Below, one piece after another: positions 22,760-35,350 of a stretch of DNA of 64,000 nucleotides. The first letter of the stretch is position 1; each line of letters opens with the position of its first letter. The translations under genes were made by a program, and so were the position numbers. The DNA is from Ginglymostoma cirratum (lineage: Eukaryota), in NCBI GenBank assembly GCA_024137785.1, contig JAHRHZ010000267.1, forward strand, positions 19,055,664 through 19,119,663. Reading direction: 5' to 3'. Under the pieces are notes generated by a model, which saw only the letters and a list, made by a program, of their open reading frames with translations, was not told the origin of the DNA and searched no databases.

Positions 22760-25170
22760 TCAATATTTATTTGTGGGATGCAGGCATTTCAGGCTGATCC
22801 CTAGTTGTTCTTGAAAAGATGATTGTGAGATGTCTTCTTGAACCACAGCAGTCTATTTGGTGTAGGTATATTTACAATTGGAGAGTGAGTTCATACTGGA
22901 TTTGTGACCCAGTGACTCTAAAGGAACAGTGATATTTTCCAAGTCATAGAGCCATTGAGCCATACAGCATGGAAACAGACCCTTCAGCCCAAGCCGTCCA
23001 TGCTGACCAGGTTTCTGAAAACTATTTGAATTTTCCTGCACATGGTCCATATCCCTCTAAACCTTTCCTATTCATGTACCTATCCATATGTTTTTTAAAT
23101 TTTATAACTGTACCAGCCTCACCAATTCCTCTGGCTGTTCATTCTATAAATGTGCGATCCTTTGTGTGAAGAACTTGTCCCTCAGGTCCATATTAAATCT
23201 TTCCCCTCTCACTTTAAGCCAATGCCCTCTAGTCTTGAACTCGCCTACCCTATGGAAAAGACCTTTACTGTTCATCTTACCTATGCCCCTCGTGATTCTA
23301 TACACCTCTGTAAGGTCACCCCTCAACTGCCTACATTCCAGTTATGATGTTGAGTGGCTTGAATGGAAACATCATGTTGGTGGCATTCTCATGTTGTTCA
23401 AATCCTTCAAAATAGTAGTGGCTATGGGTCTGAAAGGTGTTGTCTGAGGCCCATTGGTGAATTTCTGCGGTCTATCTTGTAGATTGTGCATACCATCAGA
23501 GCATCAGTTGTCAGAAGACTGAATGTTTATGGATATGATACTTATGAAGTGGGCTGCTTTGTCCTGGATGGTGTAAAACTTCTTGAATATTGTTGGAACT
23601 GCACTCACTCAGGCATATGGGGAGTATTCCATCGCACTCTTGACATGTGACTTGTAGATTGTGGACAGGGTTTGAAGAGTCAGGAGATGAGTTATTCATT
23701 GCAGGATTCCTAGCTTCTGACTTGCTCTTCTAGCCATAGCATTTATATGGCTAGTCCAGTCAGTTTCTAGTCAATGGTAAACTCCAGGATGTTGATAGTT
23801 GGGAATTCAATAAAGAAAATGGCATTGAATATCAAAGGTCTGTGATAGATTCTCTCATAATAGAGATGACTGTTGCCTGGCATTTGTATGGCACAAATAT
23901 TACTTGTTACTGCCCAGCCCAACCTTGGATAATGTCCAAGTCTTCTTGAATTTGGACATAAACTGCTTAGGTATCTGAGGAGTTGCGAATGGTGCTGAAG
24001 TTTGTGCAATCATCAGCAAACATTTCCAGTTCTGACCTTATAATGGAAAGACATTCAATGAAGTAGCTGAAGATGGTTGGGTCTAAAGCTGTATTCTTAG
24101 GAGCACCTACAGCAATGTCCTGAACCTGAGGTGACTAAGCACAAGTATCTTTCTTTGTGCCAGATATGACTTCAACCAACACAGAGTATTCCCCTTGATT
24201 CCTATTGATTCTAATTTTGCTGGGGCTCCTTGATACCACACTCAGACAAATGTGGCCTTGATGTCAAGAGCTGTAACTGTTCTGTCACCTCTGTAGATCA
24301 GCTCATTTGTCCGTGTTTGAATCAAGGCTGTAATGAGGAGCTGAGTGGCCCTGGCAGAACCCAAACTGGGCATCTCTGAGCAGGTTATTGCTGAACAGGT
24401 GCTGCTTGATAGCACTGTTGATGGCAGCTTCCATCACTTTATGAATGATTGAGAGTATACTGATCAGGCGGTGATTAGTTGGGTTGATTTGGCCTGCTCT
24501 TAATGTACAGGACACACCTTGGTATTGTTCATCTTCTCCCATTGACACCAGGGTTATAGCTTTACTGGAACTGCTTGGGTAAGGGTGCTGCAAGTTCTGG
24601 ATCACAAGCCACAGTCCCACAGGGTACTCCTGCTGAAAATATTACTGTGACCCATCGCCTTTGCAATATCGTGTGCCTCCAACTGTTCCATGTTATCACA
24701 TGGAGTCAATCAAATTGGCTGAAGACCTTACAGGAGGCCAAGATGGATGCTTCTGGATGAAGGGGTTGGTTTAATTCAGCTGGTTAAATGGCTTCTGAAT
24801 GAAGATTGCTGCAAATACTTTGACCTTATATTTTGCACTGATATGTTGGAAGTTAGAAGTTTTTTGGGGATACGGTCGAGAAGCACGGCACATAGTAATC
24901 GGCAGGAGGTTTACTTGTCTATGTTTGGCCTGATGCCATAAGACTTTGTGGGGTTTAAAGTTAATGATGAGGAGTACTGGGGATCTCCCTCCTGACTGCA
25001 TATCACAGTGCAGCTACCTCAGCTGGTTCTATCCTGCCTGTGGGACAGGACATACACAGGGATGATGATGGTGTTGTCCTGTACTTTATCCTACTCACGG
25101 AATTATACCTTATAACAATATCAGTCTGTTGCTTGACTTATCTTTGAAACAGTTCTTCCAAATTTGCTCT
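22760..25170 (-). mobile_element. CR1/L2-group LINE (second family) 3' part, interrupted by the CR1 at 22945-23335
   Basis: Minus ORF contains NPTNHRLISILSIIHKVMEAAINSAIKQHLFSNNLLRDAQFGFCQGHSAP (RT domain). Homologous pieces at 25790-26290, 41280-42115 and 46560-48100. Confidence 0.8.
22945..23335 (-). mobile_element. CR1 (HER1-type) LINE 3' fragment
   Basis: Translates as RGDLTEVYRITRGIGKMNSKGLF...KTRGHWLKVRGERF. Confidence 0.9.
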
Positions 25171-25179
25171 GGTTCTGAA

Positions 25180-25375
25180 GTCTCATGCAGGCCAGACCAG
25201 GTGAGTAAGGAAAATTTCCTTCCTTAAAGTGAATCAGATGTGTATTTTTTGCAAAAAACGGATTCACTGTTATTAAAATTCAAATTCAAAATCCATCATT
25301 TCCTGAGGCGAGAAAGCATTACCCGGGTGTCTGGATTACTACTTCAGAGACAGCACCAATGTGCTATCACTTCTG
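25180..25375 (-). mobile_element. Partial tRNA-derived SINE (family of 22342-22673)
   Basis: ggccagaccaggtgagtaaggaaaatttccttcc...aaattcaaattc matches the reverse complement of the 22342 copy. Confidence 0.6.
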
Positions 25376-25789
25376 CAGTGGGAACACAACCCAAGAAATC
25401 CCAGAAATTACTCAGTAAAAAGCAATCCCAATGTAAACCTTGCAGAATCTAGACATCGCTTGTTACAGTGAGTGCAGGTTGTACTGTCATGTTTTTGTTC
25501 TTTGACGTTTGTCTTATATAACATGTTCCTCCATTCACAACTTGGGATTGCCTAGTTATGTTGAGAATACAGTAGATGAGGCTAACTGTTGCTAAGCTGA
25601 AAAGATCTTGTGATACAGGAGTGCAGTCAACTACTGATGCATTGTTCTGCATCCACTGGCTATGCTCCAAGCAGTAAATCAGGTACAAAATAGCCCTTTA
25701 TAAAGAAGCATGCATTTGTGAATGAACAATGCCATTATACTCACAGTTTTAAATAATTTTAATGCCCAATATTTACAATAATACACAAG

Positions 25790-26290
25790 TCAGTCATGTG
25801 GTAGGGTAGCCACCATTTGGATGAGTAATCTTTCAATAACATTTCAGCAGTTGGACATAACCACAGCAAAGCAGCCTCCACTATTGGTGCCTCATCCACA
25901 ACCTTAAGTATTCACTCCCTCCTTTACTGGTGGACAGCGGCAGGAGTTTGTACATCCACAAGAAGCAACTCACAAAGAGAACCTCTGGAAAAGAAAACCT
26001 TCCACCCCCTTAATCTCCAACACCTAAATGGGCATGGACCGCCCAGAGCTGGGAATACCAACAGCTACAAGTTCCCCTCCAAATCACACACCATTCTGAC
26101 TTGGAACTATATCGCTGTTCTTTCACTGCTTCTGTTACAGAATCCTGCAGCTCCCTCTCTACCAGCACTGTGGGTGAACCAATTCTACACCACCTGCTGT
26201 GGGTAAATAAGGCAGTTCACCACATTCTCAAGGGCATTTAAGGATGGGAACAAGTTTTGCCAGTGATATCCACATCCCTTGAATAAATAA
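25790..26290 (+). mobile_element. CR1/L2-group LINE 3' end
   Basis: ttcactccctcc...caagttcccctccaaatcacacaccattctgacttggaactatatcgctgttc...cacatcccttgaataaataaaa. Confidence 0.75.
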
Positions 26291-27849
26291 AATTCAAAAT
26301 GCAAGGTTTGAAAGTTGTGAGCCCTACACAAGTCTCAGAATTTTGCCAGAGTCCAGCATCTGGCTTCCTAACGCAGATTACGAAAAGGGGGAAGAAAGCA
26401 ATGGACAAATATGGGAAAATTTAAAAAAGAGTTTGGATTTGAACGGACTGTTTATACTAGAGCTGCATTTTGAGCAATTCAGGAAGAATTGCGTTAGTAT
26501 GCGTCATTCTCAAATTTTATTTTTTTCCCCTTGATTTTCTGAAATAGGTTAAAACATCAAAATCAGAAGATGAATCCACCTTTGGATTCACAGTGTGAGA
26601 GTTTTCATTTCCATTTCTGCTGGCTTAATTCAGATTGTGCTATCTATGATCTAGCTGCCAGTCCTTACACTGGGAATCTGTCTGTGTTGAGGACAGACTT
26701 TCGAATTCTTGTGCGTCTGAACTTGAGTAATGGATCCAGAATTAGGAGCTCACTGGTGCTACTCTCTTGGAATCCGAATCAAAATTAGTGGCAATATGAA
26801 AGCAGTTTTATCTCACTGGCTTTTGGAATCCCTGCAAAAAAAGTCTGCCGTATTTCTCTCAATTCATTTATAAGCTGTTTCATTATTTTATATCTCATAA
26901 AATATATTTGGTGGCAATGTTCTGACTTGATATCATGCTATTACTTGAGCAATTCTACACTAGAAAATTAATACAATACAAATAGATTTCACCATTGAGT
27001 GAATGGCTGTAAATTGCACTGCCATGCATTTTCTCAAAGCCTCCTTGTCATCAGATTCCATCTGCAAGTGCTGTACTGTCGTTTACATGTGCAAAGAGCT
27101 TTTTTGCATTCACAACACTCACTCTGCATATTGCCAATGCTCATTCAACAATGCAGAAAAGAGGGAACAATTGAAATCATCAGGTTAGCAAAATGCAACA
27201 CGTTAGTTCTTCATCCTGCACAGATTGGTTTGGTAAAAATGCCCAGTGGTCCGCATTAACTTATACTGTAGTTACGTTTGGTCTGCTGTCTTCCTTTATT
27301 GTGTAATTGATACAATTAATTTCACAGTTACTTGGGAATCTGTGACTAAAGAATAGATGAGACAATCCCACATCTACACAATTGCTCATTTAATTCAAGC
27401 TGTTGAAAATTATGTTTTTTAGACTGTTACTGGGACAAGAGAGCAATGTTTAGCAAGGTAATTACAGGGAGTTGGTTTAGATATCGAACTCAAACAAACT
27501 AGTATCAGTATATTAAAGAAACCTGCATTCCCAATTGGTACAAATAGTGTGTTTGTACTACTGGTTCTTGACTGTGGGACTCAGGCATTCACAATTGGCA
27601 ATTTACTACAGGGAACCTATTGCATTCACTAAATTCACCTGGCAAGAAGATCTACTAAAAACAACATTGACAGAAAATCTTAAGCTGACCTTCACTTGCA
27701 ATTTCTTCATATTCATCTTGTTTGCATAGAACTCTTCTGGGTGTGTTGAAATATCTCATTAAATGTTGTATGTATACATATGGTAAAATATATATATATC
27801 ATACATTCTTATCAAAACAGTTCTTAATAATTTATAAAACACTTTTAAT

Positions 27850-28100
27850 AATTCAATCTCAGGATAAAGATTGCTAGCACGGTCAGCACTGATTACATCT
27901 TTCTCAATGAGAAGTTAGTGATGAGCCATATTCTTGAACTACTGTGATGTCTGCAGTTCAACACAGTTGTTAGGTAGGGAGCTCCAGGTAATTGGCCCAA
28001 AGGCAATGAAAAAGCAGTGATATATTTCCAAGTCAGGATGACAAACTGGAGGAGACTGTGTTTTCATACATTTGCTGTCCTTGCCTTTCTTTGAAGAGAA
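27850..28100 (-). mobile_element. Degenerate LINE 3' tail of the same family
   Basis: gcagtgatatatttccaagtcaggatg, the reverse complement of the motif at ~26095-26120. Confidence 0.55.
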
Positions 28101-28795
28101 GGAACTACATCAAGGTTACAACATATACAAGGGAAACAGTTGCAGGATCATTGGGTTTGTAGACCATTAAGGTGATGGAGCAATAGCAGTGAAGGTAAAC
28201 TCTCTGTCAAGTTGGTTTCAGACTATCCAATGCTCCAGTGACTGGTGGTTGTCAATCTCAGTGCGCACAGCTATTCGGTAATTTTCTCTGTCCCATTCCA
28301 TTGATGTCCTTATCTCAGTCGTCTGCAACAGAATCTTCCCCTCCATTAAACTGGCAAATAACCTGTCAGATACTTCAACCAGGTAGCAGCTCACAGTTGC
28401 CAAGTACTCACCATACGCTAATCTCAACTTCAAGGTGAATGCAGTGTCAGGGCCTGAGTTGATGGATGAGTGTCAGATCAAATAAGACAATCTCTTTGTC
28501 AGGGTTGTAGCGTGGTTCTCTTTTCATGAAATAGTTGCCATATCATCAGCAGCTTATTCAGCATGGTAGATAGCAGGATTAGATTGAGTTGGGATTTGAG
28601 AAGAGACATAAAGCAGGAATAAACCATAATCCTGAATGTCTTGAATAATGCAAGTTACTATAATCCAAACTGAAGCTAGATCTATGATACAGGAAACCAC
28701 ATCTCCTCTATGCTCTGCTGCTTGCTATGGTGTGCCACCTTGTTCTGCAAGATAAACAGAGAGAGGGGAGAACACTGGTGGTTTTGCCATACCGC

Positions 28796-29670
28796 TGTTA
28801 TGAAATTGGATAGAGTGTTCATGAATTGGAAGGCAGGAAGTTAGAAGTTGTTTATGAGGTTGCTGTGGTCCCTTTAAGAGCTTGTGCTTTGTCTGTGCTT
28901 GGAAGTTTATAAATACAGAGTGTCCAAATGGAAACAATTTGTATAGAATAGCCAAGCAGCATTTTGTCCAAGACAACAAGTTTGAATTCAGCTAATTAAC
29001 TTAAACGAAGCACTAGATACAGAAAGCCAATTGAATTTAAAACTGGTGGTGTTGAAACCAATCATATTATAAGAACTTGATTATGTCATTATGGGTATAT
29101 ATTGGAAAATTGGGGAGAGCCAACTACCATCTGAAAGAGAGTGTGGCTCCACCATCTGTCAGAGTTAGCACCATTCAGCTCCCAGAGAAAGCCCATCTAA
29201 TTAATCAAAGGTATCACTGCATTTTAGCTCAAAGTCCTCATTGAAAAAATTATAGAGATAAAACATCCCTGACACCAGAATCAGTAGAAGAAAGGTGTTT
29301 GTGAAAAGAGCAGAGACAACAGGATATTCCAGAAGGCAGTCTGTGTGAACTTGGAGAGATTAAGTTATAATTTATTGTTTCTTATTAATTTGGTTTATAT
29401 TAGTGGAACTTGTCTTTATTTAAACAGCATTCCTGTAGAAATTAGACCAGCTAGGGATTAGTTAATTGTATCGGGGGGAATTGTCAGTTTGTTAGTAATT
29501 TTGTTAATTTGTTCATTGTTGGGTTAAATGAATAAATTGTTTCTTGTTACTTATAAAGTGGAAATCGGGGATTTTCTTTCTTTTAACCTCTTGTAATAGA
29601 TTATGAGGGGAACAATGAGCTTATTTGGGTGTTTCAGGGGTAATGATTAGATGGGAACCTTGTTGTTACA
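28796..29670 (+). mobile_element. Isolated Gypsy-type LTR followed by a PBS-like remnant
   Basis: TGTTA...TTACA termini. aataaattgtttcttgttacttataaagtg resembles the Gmr1-like LTR (aataaattgtaacttgttgattttaaagtg). Followed by gattggggct. Confidence 0.6.
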
Positions 29671-30440
29671 GATTGGGGCTTGTGTTTTGTTTTTAATTAT
29701 CAGAGGATTTTGGCCATTTCCCTGTCATAATGCTGTGTTCGGATGATGTGCCTGCCATAACTGTAAAGCTGGAAATACATGGAGGCAGCAAGAGATGGTA
29801 TGGGCTTGGTAGTGTAATAGCAGCTGCGTGAGGATGAAACAAAATATGGGGATGTTGTGTATGAGTACTGAATGTCATAGGATGCTGCTGGGTGAATAAT
29901 GATGTTGATGTATGTGAACTAGTCTGAGAGGGAGATGGTGGTAAGAGATGTCCTGAGGAGATATACTCACTGATCTTGAGCACAAGTGTGGTCTTGGTCT
30001 TTGTCTTTCTGTGGCTGTTACTGTCTGGTCCTTGGGTTGAGTTTCTGGGCATTCATTGGCTTCTGGTCTGCTGTATATTTCCCCATCTGAGGCTGACTGT
30101 TGAAGATCTCCTGGCTCCAGCAAAACAGTAGCATTTCTTATCCTGCACACATGCACAACTAATTGCTCCAGTACTGCATCCAACCCTCTGTTCAACTTAC
30201 AATAAATTGCTTTTTGGAAATATTACTAAGTACACCACCTTCTTGAGATATAGCTTGACTTTAGGCTAGCAGAACTGTAAATATTGATTTCAAATCCTCA
30301 CTGCTATGTACAAAGGCAACAGGGAGTACTCAGCAGTAAAAAGTAACACAAGAATTTTTCAACCAATGTTACAAACATTCAATTTTCTGTGTTCTCCAAA
30401 TCAATCTGAATGGATATGGGTAAACTGAGAATTGCAATCT

Positions 30441-30772
30441 TCATAGAATCCTTGTAGTTTGGAAACAGGCTATTTGGCCGATCAAGTCCACTCTGACCCC
30501 CTGAAGAGCATCCCACCTAGACCCCACCCCATCCCTGTAACCTTGCATTTTCCATGGCACATACATGGATAATATGGGCAATTTAGCATGGTCAATCCAC
30601 CTAACCTGCACATCTTTGTGACTGTGGGGGGGGAAACTGGAGCACCCAGAGGAAACCCATACAGACATGGGGAGAATGTACAAACTCCACACAGCTATCT
30701 GAGGCAAGAATCAAACCTGGGCCCCTAGCATTGTGAGGCAGCAGTGCTAATCACTGAGCCACCCTGTGCCGC
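30441..30772 (-). mobile_element. HE1-type V-SINE
   Basis: Full head, V-domain and tail; homologous to the copies at 15686, 40885 and 61719. Confidence 0.9.
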
Positions 30773-31914
30773 ACCACCCCACCCCCCCCGACAAAAAAGA
30801 ATTTTTTAGCCCAATCTACCTATTTAGAGAAGCTGAGTTAACAACAGTTGAGGCAGTGCCTTTATTTTCATGCAAGCAACTCTTTCAATATGAAATTGAA
30901 GTCAAGAACGTTCTTTTGATAAATGAAAAGACCAACTTCTATTCACTTTCAGAGTAACAGCCAAATTAACTTCAAAATTGTTTTTACTGGTATGGTGGGA
31001 GGGTGTATTGTCAATCTGCAGCATGTTTTAACTTTTTGCAGGTGTCATTGTTTGCAATTGTACAGCTGCCTTTTCATTTCCTCCATTAATTGGCTCAAAT
31101 CTTCCAATCTCCAGTCCTAACATGTGCAGCAGGACCATATAGAAATCCAAACATGTCGACAAATGTGGGCATACTGGAAAGTTCACATTTCCATTGGGCA
31201 ATTCCCAGTTGTGCGGGACTCATGACAGAAGTCTCTGGACTGTGTTTGTGTGCTTTATCTGGATATCCAACCAATGTGATGGACAGATTGAAACCTGGGC
31301 TAACAGCTGGGAATTCTGTTAACAACCAAAACATCCTTCCCCTTTACCCACTCAGCCCCCAACTACTCATCTATAACTTTCATCTTGGCCAAATTCAACT
31401 AGCCCCAACCCAAAGAGATGTGATAGACCTGACTTCACCCAACCCATCCACTTCCTGACCCCTGACCTGACTAATCCTGACTAGACTCGACTACTCCATA
31501 ATCCAACTCAACTATCCTCTTCACTGGACTTGACTCCCCTCCACCCCACCGACCCAAGCTGACTACCCACTCACCACCCTACTGTTTGCCCACTTTGCCC
31601 TCCTCATGAACCAACCTACCTCACCCACCTCACCATTCATTGACCACTTCATTCACTACCTCTCCACTTAAACAACCTACTGATTTATCCACTTACCCAC
31701 TGACCCACTCAAGCATCTATCCACTTACCTGTCCTCTCAATTATTCAATTAGTCCTGCTCATTCGTCGAAGGATTCAAATATTCGCCAGAATTCGATGGC
31801 CAGTGACTTAAAGAAAAAGCTCAGTCCTCTACATCTAATCCCAATGGATTTTTCCTGTAGATAATGTGCACTGCATTTGTTCTTCAGCTGGGAACAAAAT
31901 ATTTTTGAAGAAAT

Positions 31915-32050
31915 GCACAATGTTGAGCTGGAGAAACAAAGCAGGCCAGGCAGCATCAGAAGAGTAGCAAAGCTAACATTTCAGCTTGGGTCCCTGTCTC
32001 TTTCTGAAGAATCTCTGACTCCACCATCGGCAGTTCTTACCATCTCCTGG
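31915..32050. mobile_element. Degenerate PLE fold-back mini-element
   Basis: gagctggagaaacaaagcaggccaggcagcatc...ctgaagaa...ccatcggcagttc resembles 17130-17283 and 9880-9973. Confidence 0.55.
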
Positions 32051-32734
32051 AAGAAATGCACAGTAGTGTTTCTGTTGACCAAAAAAATTCAGGTCATTAT
32101 ATGCTGTTGAAATCTTTTGTGTATTGTTGGCATACAGCTTCAGTGGATGACAAATCCGTGCATGTAGATTTATTGGAGCCAGCCAGCCACAACCTCAGTA
32201 TATACTTGATGGGCAGTGGACTTGCTGTGGAGTTGTGGCCAGCATTTATCTACTAGGATCACCATTCAAGCACTATTCTAGGCCTAATATGGGAGTCATT
32301 CCTGTGTGATTGTTTTTCTTTTTCTCACGTCTTTACAACAACTTGTTTCATTTTTGTTTGTCCCTTACTTTTTCGGATATGCTTTAATGCCTTGTTGCTT
32401 TATAAACATGAATTTCATATGCTAATTATTTTATATTTGACATCAAGCTTTTCAAAAAAAAACTAATGAACAGTCAGTCCTTATCTCCTCTCTAACAGAA
32501 GTCGATATTCCTGATTCATGACTGTACATTGTTGTTCGCTCCTCCTATACTTGTGTTTTACGCAGCCTAAAACAGGGACCTGCTCATCTTCCAATTGTCA
32601 GTTTTGACAAAGAATTTCATTTGATAATTTAGCCTGTTTTATCTCTTTGTAATTGTTGACCGGCTGGCTGAGTGTCGCTGGGACCTTCAGATATCCCTTT
32701 TCTACAGTCGCCCTCCCCTTTCAATTCAGAATAC

Positions 32735-33680
32735 AACTTATCTATGTAACACCTTTAACATAGTGAAATATCACACCGGCATTTTCAGACAGAATTTGAC
32801 TCTAAGCCACATAAGGGGATATTAGGGCGGCCAAATAAAAGCTAGAGATTGAGAAATATTTCATGCAGCATCTTAATGGAAGAGAAGCGGTAAAGATAGT
32901 TTTAGGGAGGGAATTCCATTGGTTAGGCTCTAGGCAGCTGAAGTCAGGGCTGTCAATGGTGGAATGATTCTAAGGAAAGATGTTCAGGAAGCCAATATTG
33001 AATTGGCACGGATATCCTGGAGGAACGTAGAACAGGAAGAGATTTCAGAGGCATAGAGTGGTGAGATGTTCAGGAAGGTGTAAAATCAATTCAATAGATT
33101 TGTTGCCGCCGTCTCTTTCCTGCATGCAGTCTACAGGGCTTACTTGATCTTGTGTGGCAGAGGACAACACCTATTAAATGGCTAACAAATGTATCTTCCT
33201 CCTGAGCTCTTCAACCATAATGACCACCTTCGAAGTAGTAAAATATCCCAAGATGATCCACAGGAATGAAATCAACTGCATTTGGACACTAATTATAGGG
33301 AAGTAATAGGGCAGATGACTGAAGCCTAGGGAAAGAAACAGATTTTAGGGAGTATCTTAAAGGAGGAAAATGAGGAGGGGGAGCGGTCACTGAGATTTAG
33401 GGACAGAATTCCAAAGCTTAAGGTCTTGAAACTTTAAAGTATGGTTACTAGCGGGGGAGTAATTCTAATCTCTATGCTCAAGTTGCCAGCATTGAAGACA
33501 TACAGGTATCTCAGATTGTTAGGCTGGAACAGATGACAGAATAGGAGGGGTGAGGCTATGGACAGATTTTAAAACAAGGGTAGAAATTAAAATTCAAGAT
33601 TTCTTTAATCAAGAGCCCCTATGAGTTAAAACAAAACACAAAGAGTTATAGGTGAATAGGACTTGGTGCAAGTTAGAGCA
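32735..33680 (-). mobile_element. Two tandem L2-type LINE 3' fragments
   Basis: The pattern tttagggagggaattcca...ggcagctgaa occurs at 32900-32945 and in diverged form at 33395-33440. The second copy resumes after the Rex1 insertion (agcagagtttt at 35351). Confidence 0.65.
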
Positions 33681-35350
33681 AGTAGAGCAAGACAGCGGAC
33701 AAAGACACAAGTGTCTCTGATGCTTTCTGTGCTTGGTTCGAATGTTACCTGTCCCAACAGCCCTGGATGCGCCTGTGCCCACTGTCACTGCTGCAGACAT
33801 CAGGTCAGTCTTTCTGGGAGCAAACCCAAGGAAACCAGCCCAGATAGAGTGTCCGGCCAAGTACTTAGTTCCTGTGCAGACCAGCTGGTGGAGGTATTCA
33901 CTGACATCTTCAACCTTTCCCTTCTACAAGCTGAAGTCCCCACCTACTTCAAAAAGACTACTATCTTCCCATACCTAAGAAAGCACATGCAACGTGCCTT
34001 AATGACTACCACCCAGTGGCTCTCACCTCGATAATCATGAAGTGTTTCGAGATGCTGGTCATGACCCACATCAACTCTAGTCTCCCAGCCTGCCTCAATC
34101 CCCTCCAATTTGCCTACTGATGTTACAGGTCCACAGTGGACACCATTTCCCTAGCTCTGCACTCATCCCTGGAACATCTGGACAACAAGGACACCTACAT
34201 CAGACTTCTGCTGATCAACTACAGCTCCACCTTCAAATCACCTCCAGACTGATCTCAAAATTCTGAAACCTTGGTCTTGGCTCCGCCATCTGCAATTGGA
34301 TCCTCAGCTTTGTGACCCATAGGCTGCAATCAGTGAAGATAGGAAACAGCACCTCCTCCACAATAACACTCAACACTGGAACCCCCAAAGGATGCATTCT
34401 CAGCCCCCTACTGTACTCCACATGCACCCACGACTGTGTTGCCAAATTCCAAACAGGCGTCATTTATAAGTTTGCTGATGACGCCACTGTGATAGGATGG
34501 ATATCTAACAATGATGAATCAGAATCCAGAAAGGAGACAGAGAGCCTGGTGATGTGGTACAATGATAACAACCTCTCTCTCATCATCGGCATAAATGAAG
34601 AACTGATCATTGACTTCAGAAAGAAAGGAGGAGAACACACCCCCATCTACATGAATGGAGCGGAGGTTGAGAGGGTTGAGGCAGTCAAGTTCCTAGGAGT
34701 GACAATAACCGACAACCTGTCCTGGGCCTCGCACTTAGATGCGACTGTCAAGAAGGCACAACAACGCCTCTGCTTCCTCAGATGGCTCAGGGCATTCAAT
34801 ATGCCCATAAGGACCTTCACCAACTTCTACAGATGCGCCATAGAAAGCATACTGTTCGGTTGCGTAATGGCCTGGTATGGCAACTGCTGTGCCGAGGACT
34901 GTAAGAAATTACAGAAGGTTGTTTGTACAGCCCCGACTATCATGGAAGCCAATCTTCTATTCATGGGCTCCATTTACATGGCTCATTTCTGAGGAAAGAC
35001 TGCCAACATCATCAAACCCATCCCACCCCAGTAATGCTCTCCTACAGCCTCTTCAATTAGGCAAAAGATACAGAAGCTTGAACAGGCGCATTGATAGATT
35101 CAAGAACAGCATGTTCACCACCGTTATTAGACTGATGAATGGACCCTCTAACTTCAAATATTGCTGAGCTTGTTAATATTGATCATGCCTAGTGCATGCC
35201 CTATGTGGTTGAACATGTATGCCTCTGTCCAAGTTCTTTTTTTTCACCCTAAGATCCATATGTCCTTACTTACTATGATCAGCCTCTACTGCTCATAAGC
35301 AAAGCTTTTGACTGTAATTAGGTACATGTGACAATAAATCAAATCAAATC
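33680..35350 (+). mobile_element. Rex1/Babar LINE, 5'-truncated, nested in an L2
   Basis: ORF 34312-34992 reads [26 protein letters not shown]...[10 protein letters not shown]...ELIIDFRK...[11 protein letters not shown]...[10 protein letters not shown]. Tail is gtacatgtgacaataaatcaaatcaaatc. Confidence 0.92.

Noticed and set aside
31420-31750. C/A-rich quasi-repeat (cacccactca-like)
   Set aside because: Low-complexity sequence without a stable unit, probably part of a degraded repeat.
34312-34992. Longest ORF (226 aa) as a functional reverse transcriptase
   Set aside because: It is a fragment of a 5'-truncated Rex1 LINE with stops and frameshifts upstream and downstream.
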